From assembly GCA_038245295.1 (NCBI GenBank), contig JBBRSP010000011.1, positions 32,001 to 96,000 on the forward strand: a stretch of DNA of 64,000 nucleotides, in the 5' to 3' direction. The DNA is from Candidatus Binatia bacterium (GTDB lineage Bacteria > Desulfobacterota > Binatia > HRBIN30). Position 1 is the first letter of the stretch. Each line of letters starts with the position of its first letter. This document shows positions 9,741 to 19,034 of the stretch, piece after piece. The notes beneath the pieces were generated by a model. The model did not search any database. It had not been told where the DNA came from and saw only the letters and a program-made list of their open reading frames with translations. The translations under genes were made by a program, and so were the position numbers.

Positions 9741-10775
9741 TTGGCTACCGTCGAGCATGTGCCCAAAGCTAAGCGCAGTGCGCGGCGCAGTCTCAACCGC
9801 TACCTGAATCGCCTTGAGATGAAGCTCGGAAGGAATCGATTGATCTCCTTCCCGTACGAGATTTGCATCGACGTCACGAATAAGTGCAACCTGCACTGTC
9901 CGTATTGTCCGACCGGGCGAGGCGAGCAGGGTGGTCGCGGACGCGGCTCGATTTCATACGAGACGTTCTGTCATATCCTCGATGAGCTCGGGCCGTACGC
10001 CTACAACCTCGAGCTATTCAATTGGGGCGAGCCCTTCTTCAACAAGGAGCTACCGCGCCTGATCACCTATGCCGGGACCAAGGGCGTGCAAACGGTGATC
10101 TCGAGCAACCTCAGCTTCCCGATGACGGATGACTATGCGCGCTCGATCATCGAAGCCGGGCTCGGCTGCCTCACCGGAGCGATCGACGGTGCCGATCAAG
10201 CCTCGTACGAAATCTATCGGCGTGGCGGGAATTTCGAGATGGCTCTCAACAACCTGCGTCGCTTCGCGCGACTGAAGCGTGAAATGGGCAGCGAATACCC
10301 CAACCTTACGTGGCAATATCTGGCCTTCGCGCAGAACGAGGGCCGCATCGAGGAGGCGCGCGTGTTGGCCGAGGAAATCGGCGACGTCGGGTTCTCGCTG
10401 ATCGGCGGCTTGTACGAAGATCCGGAATGGGCTCCCAAAGGCGACTACTCGTTCCCTTACCTGAAGATGCACCCGAACCGCTGCGTGTGGTTGTGGAACA
10501 AGGCCGTGTTCCACTGGGATGGCGGCTTCGCCTCGTGCTGCATGGGCTTCAACAAACATGACGACTTCGCGGACTTCCGTCCGGGCGCTTTCCGCCGGCT
10601 CTGGAACAATGACAAGTTCGTGGCGGCGCGGCGTATCTGGACCGAACCTAAATCCGTTCTCCCCGAAGGACACTTCTGCACCAACTGTGACAAGGTCCGC
10701 TACTATCGCGGCTTGCCCTTGGCGTCGCGGATGAAGACGGCGCGCGAAGCCGAAGCGCAACGCGCTGTCGGTTGA
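9741..10775 (+). CDS. Radical SAM protein with SPASM/twitch-type domain
   Basis: CNLHCPYC, NWGEPF, AIDG, C...SCC...LWN...CTNC; start (TTG) uncertain. Confidence 0.88.
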   Translation: MATVEHVPKAKRSARRSLNRYLNRLEMKLGRNRLISFPYEICIDVTNKCNLHCPYCPTGRGEQGGRGRGSISYETFCHILDELGPYAYNLELFNWGEPFFNKELPRLITYAGTKGVQTVISSNLSFPMTDDYARSIIEAGLGCLTGAIDGADQASYEIYRRGGNFEMALNNLRRFARLKREMGSEYPNLTWQYLAFAQNEGRIEEARVLAEEIGDVGFSLIGGLYEDPEWAPKGDYSFPYLKMHPNRCVWLWNKAVFHWDGGFASCCMGFNKHDDFADFRPGAFRRLWNNDKFVAARRIWTEPKSVLPEGHFCTNCDKVRYYRGLPLASRMKTAREAEAQRAVG

Positions 10776-10793
10776 GTCAAGCCAAGAGATCTT

Positions 10794-12125
10794 GTGGTGC
10801 GGTGCCTCGCTGGCTGTGCGTTGTTCGTCGCCGTCTGCGCACTCGCCGCATGCCAGACCAGCCCACCCAACGTTCTTCTGATCACCGTCGATAGCTTGCG
10901 CGCCGATGCGTTATCGGCGACGGGGCAGCGCGCCTCGACACCGAGTATCGACGCTCTCGCTGCGGCGGGGGTGCTGTTTACCCAGGCGGTCTGTGACTCG
11001 CCATGGACCGGCGCCTCGACGGCCTCTCTGCTCACCGGACGATCGGTGCGCCACCATACTCTGCATGTGCCGACCGACCGCCTGTCTAGAGACATCCCTA
11101 CCCTTGCCGAGCAGTTCAATGCGGCGGGTTATCAAACGGCGGCGGTTGTTTCGTCCTTCGACCTGGATCATATCTTCGGTCTGGCGCGCGGCTTCTCCGA
11201 CTACGACGATCACTTTACCGATACTCAAGAGCCGACCGGTAGGCCGATATTCCATCTGGAAAGTATCTTCTACGGTCGCCCGCCACACGATCGACGCTTT
11301 CGCTCCAACAAGCTGCTCAACGACAGCATGAAGCCCGGCTCGTACACGACCGACGCCGCCATCGGTTGGTTGCGACGCCAGAGGGCGGGCAAGTTTTTTC
11401 TCTGGGTCCACTACTTCGGCGGCCACGAGCGCTGGACTCCCGGACACATGTTGCCGCCGCAAATCGCCGAGTATCCGCGCTCGATCGAGAACACGGATGC
11501 GGAAATCGGCCGCCTGCTGCGATGGATCGTCGATGTCGGACTGTATCGTTCTACCGTAATCGTGTTGCACGGTAGCCAGGGACAATCACTTCTCGATCGC
11601 GGCACATTTGGGCATGGAAGCGACTTGTCGGAAGCGGCGATCCGGGTTCCTCTGATCATCAGCGGCCCAAAGACGGGCCAGCCGGATCGGCGCGTCGATA
11701 GCCTTGTCTCCCTCCTCGATATCGCCCCAACCTTGTTCGAGCTGGCGGGCATACGTCCCAAAGCACCCCTGGATGGGCAGTCGTTGCTGCGCTCTCGCGA
11801 TCCCAAAGTGGGCGCCGGCGTTTACCTGGAGACGTGGATGCCGGCAACCATTCTGGGTGCGGCCGCGGAAGCCGGGCAGGGCACCGCCTTCGGGTTTGTG
11901 CATCGTGGATGGCGCGAAGAAGGGTGGATGTATGTGCGCCGTGACCCCGTGCCGTTCGTTGACGTCGAAGAGTCGGCTGCGAGCGTCGGCGTCGCCGAGG
12001 CGCAAGAAGAGTTGTATGACCTGACCGCCGACCCGGCCGAAGCGAACAACCTGGCGCAGCGGGAACCGGCGCGTTTGACGCAGATGCGCGACAGGGTGCT
12101 TCGAAGAGTGAAGGGTGAAGAGTGA
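10794..12125 (+). CDS. Sulfatase-like protein (alkaline phosphatase superfamily), probable lipoprotein, degenerate active site
   Basis: LAAC lipobox-like; PNVLLITVDSLRAD, SLLTG, FFLWVHY, VPLII, ELYDLTADPAEANNL. Confidence 0.8.
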   Translation: MVRCLAGCALFVAVCALAACQTSPPNVLLITVDSLRADALSATGQRASTPSIDALAAAGVLFTQAVCDSPWTGASTASLLTGRSVRHHTLHVPTDRLSRDIPTLAEQFNAAGYQTAAVVSSFDLDHIFGLARGFSDYDDHFTDTQEPTGRPIFHLESIFYGRPPHDRRFRSNKLLNDSMKPGSYTTDAAIGWLRRQRAGKFFLWVHYFGGHERWTPGHMLPPQIAEYPRSIENTDAEIGRLLRWIVDVGLYRSTVIVLHGSQGQSLLDRGTFGHGSDLSEAAIRVPLIISGPKTGQPDRRVDSLVSLLDIAPTLFELAGIRPKAPLDGQSLLRSRDPKVGAGVYLETWMPATILGAAAEAGQGTAFGFVHRGWREEGWMYVRRDPVPFVDVEESAASVGVAEAQEELYDLTADPAEANNLAQREPARLTQMRDRVLRRVKGEE

Positions 12126-12138
12126 GATGGGGGTGCCA

Positions 12139-13266
12139 ATGAGTGAGCCGGTTGCGTTGGTGGTCTTCGGTACGCGTCCTGAGGCTGTAAAGTTGGCGCC
12201 GGTGGTGCATGCGCTGCGCGCCAAGATGGCGACGCGTGTTTGTGTCACGGCGCAGCATCGACAGATGCTCGATCAGGTCTTGCAGGCGTTCGACATTGTC
12301 CCGGACTTCGACCTGAACCTGATGAAGCCGAATCAAGACCTGTTCGACATCACGGCCAACGCCATCCTCGCGTTGCGCGATGTGCTTGCGGAGCTGCGGC
12401 CGCGGATGGTCATCGTGCAAGGCGATACGACGACCACCTTCGCCGCCGCCCTGGCGGCGTTCTATCAACGTATCGAAGTCGGTCATGTCGAAGCGGGTCT
12501 GCGCACCAACGATAAAGGACGCCCTTTCCCCGAGGAGATCAACCGCCGGCTCACGTCGGTGATGGCCGACTGGCACTTCGCTCCGACGCCGTGGGCGCGC
12601 GACAACTTGATTACGGAAGGGGTGGCGGCGGATCGCGTTGTGGTCACCGGTAATACGGGCATCGACGCCCTGCTGCGGATTGTGGCAGACCTTGAGTCCG
12701 GGCGTATGCCATCGCCGCTGGCTCCGGACCTCATCGAAAAGCTCGGCGAACGCCGTATGGTGCTGGTTACCGGCCACCGGCGTGAAAGCTTCGGTGGCGG
12801 GTTCGAACGAATCTGCCAGGCGCTGCGACGCGTCGCCGACGCCCATGAAGACGTAGTGCTCGTCTACCCGGTCCACCTCAACCCCAACGTCCAAGAGCCG
12901 GTGAATCGCCTGCTCGGCGGCCACCCACGCATTCTCCTGGTACCGCCGATGGACTATGTGCCGTTCGTCGCGCTCATGCGCCGCGCCACACTGATCCTGA
13001 CCGATTCGGGCGGGATTCAGGAGGAGGCGCCGTCGCTCGGCAAACCGGTATTGGTGATGCGCGAAACAACCGAACGACCGGAAGGTGTGCGGGCCGGAGT
13101 GGCGCGTCTGGTCGGCACCGACGTGGACGCAATCGCCGGGGCCGCGTCGGAGCTCCTGAACGACTCCGCTACCTACGCTCGCATGTCGAGCCCGATGAAT
13201 CCTTACGGTGATGGCCACGCGGCTGAACGGATCGCCACCATTGTTGCGGAGGCGACAAAAAAATAG
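12139..13266 (+). CDS. wecB: UDP-N-acetylglucosamine 2-epimerase (non-hydrolysing)
   Basis: VFGTRPEAVKLAP, QGDTTT, GHVEAGLRT, PFPEEINR, TGHRRE, TDSGGIQEEAPSLGKP, NPYGDG. Confidence 0.96.
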   Translation: MSEPVALVVFGTRPEAVKLAPVVHALRAKMATRVCVTAQHRQMLDQVLQAFDIVPDFDLNLMKPNQDLFDITANAILALRDVLAELRPRMVIVQGDTTTTFAAALAAFYQRIEVGHVEAGLRTNDKGRPFPEEINRRLTSVMADWHFAPTPWARDNLITEGVAADRVVVTGNTGIDALLRIVADLESGRMPSPLAPDLIEKLGERRMVLVTGHRRESFGGGFERICQALRRVADAHEDVVLVYPVHLNPNVQEPVNRLLGGHPRILLVPPMDYVPFVALMRRATLILTDSGGIQEEAPSLGKPVLVMRETTERPEGVRAGVARLVGTDVDAIAGAASELLNDSATYARMSSPMNPYGDGHAAERIATIVAEATKK

Positions 13267-13293
13267 GGACGCACCCTGCGGCGCGTCCCTATT
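13257..13293 (-). terminator. Intrinsic terminator between convergent wecB and ompA-like genes
   Basis: Stem AATAGGGACGC/GCGTCCCTATT with an A-run on the + strand (U-tract on the - strand). Confidence 0.65.
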
Positions 13294-13326
13294 CGGACAT
13301 CGAATCGAGACGACTCGTCTCTGTGT

Positions 13327-14145
13327 CTACGGAGCTGGAGCGGGCGGCGGTGCCTCGGCGGCGGGGGCCGCTGGAACCGCATCCACCACACCTTCGGCAT
13401 CGCTCGGATTGACGACGTGCAGTTCAACCCGTCGGTTCTGGGCTCGACCTTCCTCGGTGTCGTTCGAAGTGACCGGCCGCGACTTGCCGTAACCCACCAC
13501 GTCCATCCGCGACGGAGCGACGCCACGGTTGCTCAGGTAGCGGAAGACCGCTTCGGCGCGCCGCACCGACAGTTTCTCGTTGTACTCATCGCTGCCGATG
13601 TAATCGGTGTGGCCTTCGACCGAGATGCGCACCCGCGGGTGCAACGCCAGGACGTCAGCCGCTTCGTCGAGGATCGGGCGTGAATCGGGGCGGATCGAGT
13701 TCTCGTTGAAATCAAAATTGATACCGCGCAAGACCAGGCGCCGGTTCGATGGCGGAGGGACACCTTCCGGTGCCGGCGTTGGCGGTGGCATAGGCGGCTC
13801 GCGGTCTTCCTCGAAGCCGTGTCCGATCAAGCCGCACAGCAGGGCTCCCGTCGCGGCGCCGACGCCGCCTCCGAGTCCCGCATTGTTGCCGGTGAACGGT
13901 TGATCATCACTCGCACTCGTGCTGACGGTTTGCCCACCGTTGAGCCTGGCCGTTGAGGTTGATGTGCCGCCCGAGATCACCGGAGCGACGGCGGCACCAA
14001 CAACGCCGCCGACGACAGCGCAGACGGCAGCGGGAATCCAGGTTCGCTGCCCATAGGGCTTGGCGAAGTACCGCTTACTCGCGGCACAACCCTGCGTGCT
14101 TACCGCAACGATCAAGCAAAATGCGACAACGCCGCGTCTTTTCAT
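13327..14145 (-). CDS. OmpA-family peptidoglycan-binding lipoprotein
   Basis: Signal MKRRGVVAF...TQGC, Gly-zipper segments, INFDFN, VEGHTD, NEKLSVRRAEAV, GYGKSRP, NRRVE; GGAAGGA RBS before ATG 14145. Confidence 0.9.
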   Translation of the reverse strand: MKRRGVVAFCLIVAVSTQGCAASKRYFAKPYGQRTWIPAAVCAVVGGVVGAAVAPVISGGTSTSTARLNGGQTVSTSASDDQPFTGNNAGLGGGVGAATGALLCGLIGHGFEEDREPPMPPPTPAPEGVPPPSNRRLVLRGINFDFNENSIRPDSRPILDEAADVLALHPRVRISVEGHTDYIGSDEYNEKLSVRRAEAVFRYLSNRGVAPSRMDVVGYGKSRPVTSNDTEEGRAQNRRVELHVVNPSDAEGVVDAVPAAPAAEAPPPAPAP

Positions 14146-14310
14146 TCGTGTGGTCCTTCCCCGTTGCTCCATGCGGGGCCCAGTTGCACACCCGCCCACC
14201 CAACGCTGAGCCCAATCGGGCTCGACAAACCTCGCGCTGTTCTATGTCGGCCTGATGGGAAACGTCAAGCAAGAAAGGGGGATAGCCTCGGCCGACGGAA
14301 ATCCCGGGGG

Positions 14311-14874
14311 CTACCTGGCGCGCGACAGGTACTCGCCTGTTTCTGTGTCGACGCGGATGACGTCGTCGGTGGTGACAAAGGGTGGTACCTGAATGATCGC
14401 GCCGGTTTCGACGGTGGCGGCCTTCAGAACATTGGTGACCGTGGCGCCCTTGATCCCTGGTTCGGTGTCGACGACGCGCAGATCGACCGTCTTCGGCAGC
14501 ATGACGCCCATCGGCTTTTCTTCGTAGAACTCGACCTGAACCTTGCTGTTCGGGATGAGATAATTCACCGCGTCACCCAGCCACTCGCGATCGAGGGTGA
14601 TCTGCTCGTAATTCTCGGAGTTCATGAAGTGGAACGCGCCGTCCGCTTCGTAGAGAAACTCCATGTCGTGCTGCTCCATGGTGACGCGTTCGACCTTGTC
14701 TTCCGAGCGGAAGCGCTGTTCGTTGGTATTGCCGCTGCGCAAGCTACGCATCTTGATCTGCACCATGCCGCGCCAGTTGCCAGGCGTGATGTGGACCACG
14801 TTGGCGATCCGGTAGAGCTCGCCGTTGTGCTTGATCAGCATGCCAACACGCATCTGTGTAGCCGGGATAACCAT
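14311..14874 (-). CDS. efp: Translation elongation factor P
   Basis: MEFLY, FHFMNSENYEQI, TEPGIKGAT, KAATVETG, VPPFV, IRVDT...YLSRA; loop reads TPGNWRG. Confidence 0.95.
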   Translation of the reverse strand: MVIPATQMRVGMLIKHNGELYRIANVVHITPGNWRGMVQIKMRSLRSGNTNEQRFRSEDKVERVTMEQHDMEFLYEADGAFHFMNSENYEQITLDREWLGDAVNYLIPNSKVQVEFYEEKPMGVMLPKTVDLRVVDTEPGIKGATVTNVLKAATVETGAIIQVPPFVTTDDVIRVDTETGEYLSRAR

Positions 14875-14928
14875 GGAAGAAGACTCCTTAGCGCTGGGAA
14901 GAATTGCCGCGTCGAGGTAGCAGCGGCC

Positions 14929-15459
14929 CTAGGGAGCCGCAACCGCGGCCGGCGCCGGTGTCGGTGTCGCCGGATGCCCGAGCTCCATGCCGAGCCACAT
15001 CGTGACGAGCAGCAGAACGAGACTCGCGATGCAGGCGCCGTTGAGGCGTCGCATCATGCTCTCGAGCCACTTCGGGTCGACTGGTTCGCCAAAGCCTTCG
15101 TCGCGCACAATACGATGGCCGATGCCGAAGGTGATGTATGTTCCGGCCATGACGACGAGGAACGCCAGACCGAGTTTCCAGACCAAGAGCCAGCCCATCT
15201 TCTGGAAAAACCCGACGCGTAACGCCGCTTTGTAGGAGGTGAGGTTGGTGGCACCCGACATGACGAGCACGCCAAGGGCGGCGATTGCCAAGGGATCGTA
15301 GATGTACAGAGCCCGCGCCAAAACAGTGCGGCGGATCGTTGGGTCTTCCACAGCCCGTGCTGCCGGGATCACCAGGGCGACGATCGCCAACGTCGCACCA
15401 CCGTAAACGATGAGGCTGGCGACGTGCAGCAACAACCCGAAAAAATCTCCCCCGCTCAT
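14929..15459 (-). CDS. Hypothetical 4-TM membrane protein (CopD/DUF2269-like)
   Basis: LLLHVAS...GG, four hydrophobic helices, LVWKLGL; start inferred at ATG 15459. Confidence 0.65.
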   Translation of the reverse strand: MSGGDFFGLLLHVASLIVYGGATLAIVALVIPAARAVEDPTIRRTVLARALYIYDPLAIAALGVLVMSGATNLTSYKAALRVGFFQKMGWLLVWKLGLAFLVVMAGTYITFGIGHRIVRDEGFGEPVDPKWLESMMRRLNGACIASLVLLLVTMWLGMELGHPATPTPAPAAVAAP

Positions 15460-15568
15460 GGTTCGGGGCCAATTAACCAGGCCCCTCCGCAAAGGCAACG
15501 CCACATCGCGGCTCAACCTTGATTCTTCCGTTTGCGAACGCGATGTTTGTTCGAAAGGAAGCGTTTCC

Positions 15569-17218
15569 ATGCGACCAACCAACGACGATCTGCATGTCGC
15601 GATGCAAGCCCACGGTACACGCATCGAGCGTTACCGGCAGGGCAAGCTCACCGACGATGAATTCCGCCCAATCCGCCTGGGCTACGGTCTGTACTATCAG
15701 CTTGACCACACCAGCCACATGCAGCGCATCAAGCTGCCCGGCGGGTTGATGACGGCCGATCAGGTCGATGAGCTCGCCGCTATCGGCGACGATTACGCGC
15801 GCAGCATCCTCCACATCACGACACGCGCCGACGTCCAGGTGCACTGGATCGAGATGGACCAGCTGATGCCGATGTACGAGCGCCTGCACAAGGTCGGCAT
15901 CACGACCCGCGGCGCCTGTGCCGATACCGTTCGCAATGTCACCGGTTGTTACCACGCGGGGCTTCTTCCCGGCGAAGCATTCGATGTTCAACCGTACGTC
16001 TACGCGGCGCACGAGTATTTCCTTTTCCACCCGCTGAACCTCACCCTGCCGCGCAAGTTCAAGATTGGATTCGCCAGCTGCGAGTACGACTGTATCCAGG
16101 CGCCGATCAACGATATCGCCTTCCATCCGCACGTGCGCGACGGCAAGCAGGGTTTCGCGGTGCATGCCGGCGGGGGGCTGGGCTCGCAGCCGTTCCTTGC
16201 CAAGCCGGTCATCGACTTCATTCCGGCCGAGGACGCGTTGATCGTTGCCGAAGCGATTGTTCGCATGCATCACAGCCTCGGCGAGCGCAAGAATCGCAAA
16301 CGCGCCCGTCTGAAGTACGTCTTCCAGCGTCTCGGCAAGGAGAAGTACCTTGCCGAAGTGCAGCGCCTGGTGGCGCAGGTAGAGCAGGAACAGGGCGACG
16401 TGTTGCGCGCCGAATTGCGTGAGATCGTTGCCGGCTTCCAAGTGGCGAAACCGAACCACAAGGCGGCGGTACTGCCGACACCGAGTGATCCCGCCTTCGC
16501 ACACTGGGCGCGTACCAACGCGTTCGAGCAAAAACAAAAGGGCTACTACTGTGCCACCGTGCAGATTCCACTCGGTGACGTCACGAGCGATCAGTTCCGC
16601 GCCCTGGCGCAAATCAGTCGCGATCACGGCGGCAGTGAAGTACGTGCCTCGAACGATCAGAATGTCGCCATCTCGTGGATCCCAGGGGATCATCTAGAGC
16701 CGGCCTATCGCGCATTATGCGAGATCGGGCTTGGCGTGGCGGACGCGCTCCACATTACCGACGTCGTATCTTGTCCGGGGGCGGATTACTGCAGTCTGGC
16801 CATCAGCCGTTCCATGGGACTGGCGGAAGCGATTCGCGATCATCTCGGTGCGATGAACGGTCAGGTCGAGGATCTCGGTGTCTTCCGCATTCGGATCAGC
16901 GGTTGCCCGAATTCTTGCGGCCAGCACCATGTGGGCGACATTGGGCTCACCGGTTTGTCGATCAAAGGCGACGACGGCGAACATCACCCATTTTACTCTA
17001 TGCTCGTCGGCGCGCGCGTCGGTGAGACGGATGTGACGATCGGGCACCGCGTCGGCGGGCGTTTCCCCTTGGAGCAGGTGCCGAGCGCCGTTGCGGCCAT
17101 TGCGGAGCACTATCGTCGCAGTCGCTCCAAGGGAGAGAAGTTCCCTGATTTCGTCACGCGTGTCGGCACCGACCAGGTAACCGAAGTGGCCCGTATCGCG
17201 GCGCCAGGTGCGCGCTAG
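15569..17218 (+). CDS. Siroheme [4Fe-4S] nitrite/sulfite reductase (ferredoxin-dependent type)
   Basis: GLYYQ, MQRIKLPGG, HITTR, LPRKFKI, RARLK, CPGADYCSL and SGCPNSCGQH cluster motifs; AAGGA RBS. Confidence 0.9.
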   Translation: MRPTNDDLHVAMQAHGTRIERYRQGKLTDDEFRPIRLGYGLYYQLDHTSHMQRIKLPGGLMTADQVDELAAIGDDYARSILHITTRADVQVHWIEMDQLMPMYERLHKVGITTRGACADTVRNVTGCYHAGLLPGEAFDVQPYVYAAHEYFLFHPLNLTLPRKFKIGFASCEYDCIQAPINDIAFHPHVRDGKQGFAVHAGGGLGSQPFLAKPVIDFIPAEDALIVAEAIVRMHHSLGERKNRKRARLKYVFQRLGKEKYLAEVQRLVAQVEQEQGDVLRAELREIVAGFQVAKPNHKAAVLPTPSDPAFAHWARTNAFEQKQKGYYCATVQIPLGDVTSDQFRALAQISRDHGGSEVRASNDQNVAISWIPGDHLEPAYRALCEIGLGVADALHITDVVSCPGADYCSLAISRSMGLAEAIRDHLGAMNGQVEDLGVFRIRISGCPNSCGQHHVGDIGLTGLSIKGDDGEHHPFYSMLVGARVGETDVTIGHRVGGRFPLEQVPSAVAAIAEHYRRSRSKGEKFPDFVTRVGTDQVTEVARIAAPGAR

Positions 17219-17503
17219 ATGGTTGTCGACGACGAAATTCCGGAGGGCAGCACCGCGGCCATCCCGGTGCTGCCGAACAACTTCTACCAGGGCGTGATCA
17301 CCAAGATACGCCGTGGGAGTCGCAGCGGGATTCTCCGCTCGACACAGACCGGCCGCGAGCTGCCGTTTACGGTGCCGTTTGTTACCATCGTCGGCGCCTC
17401 TGAGAAGTTCGACGATCTCCAGGAAGGCATGCAGGTCGGCTTCGACGTCAGTCGCGATTCCAAGGGCCCCTGCGTCAGCGTCATTCGAATCTCGTCTTTG
17501 TAA
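17219..17503 (+). CDS. Small hypothetical protein, cold-shock/OB-fold-like
   Basis: Abuts reductase stop; G..I..I...SGIL...LQEGMQVGFDV...GPCVS resembles the CSD beta-barrel pattern. Confidence 0.55.
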   Translation: MVVDDEIPEGSTAAIPVLPNNFYQGVITKIRRGSRSGILRSTQTGRELPFTVPFVTIVGASEKFDDLQEGMQVGFDVSRDSKGPCVSVIRISSL

Positions 17504-17519
17504 CGTCGCCACGTACCCC

Positions 17520-18926
17520 ATGGCGATCGACGAGGCCGCGGCGTCCACCGGAGAATTCACGCGGCCTGATCCCGTCTTCAGTTACCGTCGCATCTGGCAG
17601 TTGGCCTGGCCGGTGAGTGTGTCGACGTCGACGATGACGCTCCTGACGCTCGCCAATCTCTTTTGGATTGGTCATCTCGGAACAGCGGCCGTCGCGGCCG
17701 TGTCGCTGTGCGGCAATCTTCTGTTCATCATCTTCGGCATCGCCAACGTCGTGAACACCGGCACGGTGGCGGTGGTCGCCCGGCGTGTCGGGCAGCGCGA
17801 TTTGACGCAAGCGTACCTTGGCAGTGTGCACGGTGTGTTGTTGGGGTTTGCCCTCGGCACTCTTGTCGCGATCGTCGGGTACCTCGCTGCGCCGACGGTT
17901 GTGCACTTCTTTGGTGCGGCGGCCGACGTCGAAGCGACGGCGAGTGCCTATCTACGCATCATGTGTCTGGGCCAGTTGCCACTGTTCGTTTCAACCGGTC
18001 TGGCCGCGGCCTATCAGGCCGGCGGCGATACGCGCACGCCGATGTTGATCAACGTTGGCATCATCACGCTCAACGCCATCGCTGATCCATTCTGCATCTT
18101 TGCCCCGGGCCAGTGCCACGTGGCCGGCTGGAGCATTGGCTGGCTCGGCCTCGGCGCGCCTGGTGGCGCGGTTGCCGCGTCGTTGTGTGGAGCGGCTGGG
18201 TGCCTGTTGTTCGTGGCATTGTCCCTCTACGGCGACCGACCGTTCCCACGTCCGCTCAACACCCGGTTGGGACTGTCGCTGCGAGAGTTCTGGCACATGG
18301 CCGGGATCGGTGCCCCGGCGGCGGTATCGATGGCGGCACGGCCGCTGTCTACCTTCCTCTTGCTCAAGATCGTTGCCGGCTTCGGCACGCCGGCGATCGC
18401 CGCGTTTGGCATCGCGCTGCGTTCCTTCTCGGTGAATTGGATTCCGTATTCGGGGATCCACGTTGCCGTGGCGACGCTGGTCGGGCGCAACCTCGGCGCG
18501 CGCCATCCGGAGGCCGCCGCACGTGTCGTTTGGCGCGGCCTGGTCGTGACCGGAGCACTTGGTGTTCTCTATTGTTTTGTTTACTGGCGCGGTGCCGAGG
18601 CCATTCTCCGACTCTTCGACGACGAACCGGCCGTCATCGCCGCCGGCGTTCCTTTCCTGCAACTCATGGCCATCAGCTTCTTGTTCACCGGCCCTACTGT
18701 GCCGCTCTTCAGTGCCATGAATGGTGCCGGTGATACGCGGCCGCCGATGCTGATCGCCTTTCTCGCCAACTGGCCCGTGAAACTGCCGCTGGCGTACGTG
18801 ATGGCGTTGCCGCTCGGATACGGCGTCAATGGTGTGTGGTTCGGGATGTTTGTGTCGCTGGTCTTCGAAGCGCTGCTGGCCGCGTGGTGGTATCGCCGCG
18901 GCACGTGGAAGGCCAAGAACATCTGA
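17520..18926 (+). CDS. MATE family efflux transporter
   Basis: LAWPV, IGHLG..AVAAV, GDTRTPM and GAGDTRPPM repeats, GVNGVW; about 12 TM. Confidence 0.9.
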   Translation: MAIDEAAASTGEFTRPDPVFSYRRIWQLAWPVSVSTSTMTLLTLANLFWIGHLGTAAVAAVSLCGNLLFIIFGIANVVNTGTVAVVARRVGQRDLTQAYLGSVHGVLLGFALGTLVAIVGYLAAPTVVHFFGAAADVEATASAYLRIMCLGQLPLFVSTGLAAAYQAGGDTRTPMLINVGIITLNAIADPFCIFAPGQCHVAGWSIGWLGLGAPGGAVAASLCGAAGCLLFVALSLYGDRPFPRPLNTRLGLSLREFWHMAGIGAPAAVSMAARPLSTFLLLKIVAGFGTPAIAAFGIALRSFSVNWIPYSGIHVAVATLVGRNLGARHPEAAARVVWRGLVVTGALGVLYCFVYWRGAEAILRLFDDEPAVIAAGVPFLQLMAISFLFTGPTVPLFSAMNGAGDTRPPMLIAFLANWPVKLPLAYVMALPLGYGVNGVWFGMFVSLVFEALLAAWWYRRGTWKAKNI

Positions 18927-19034
18927 ACGACGGGGCGTATCGCGTCGTTGCGCGAGCCAAACCGCGACGGCCAGCGTTGCGAAAACGCCGGCCGTCGGCA
19001 GTCGAAGATCTCGATCAAATCAGGATGGCTTCGC

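Noticed and set aside
7077..12125. Radical SAM proteins as anaerobic sulfatase maturases for the adjacent sulfatase
   Set aside because: The sulfatase-like protein lacks the Cys/Ser-x-Pro-x-Arg substrate motif, and the enzymes have a shorter Cys pattern than anSME
11659..13218. Long antisense ORFs (also 37147-38778, 56022-57659)
   Set aside because: Opposite well-supported genes; expected in GC-rich DNA; no motifs
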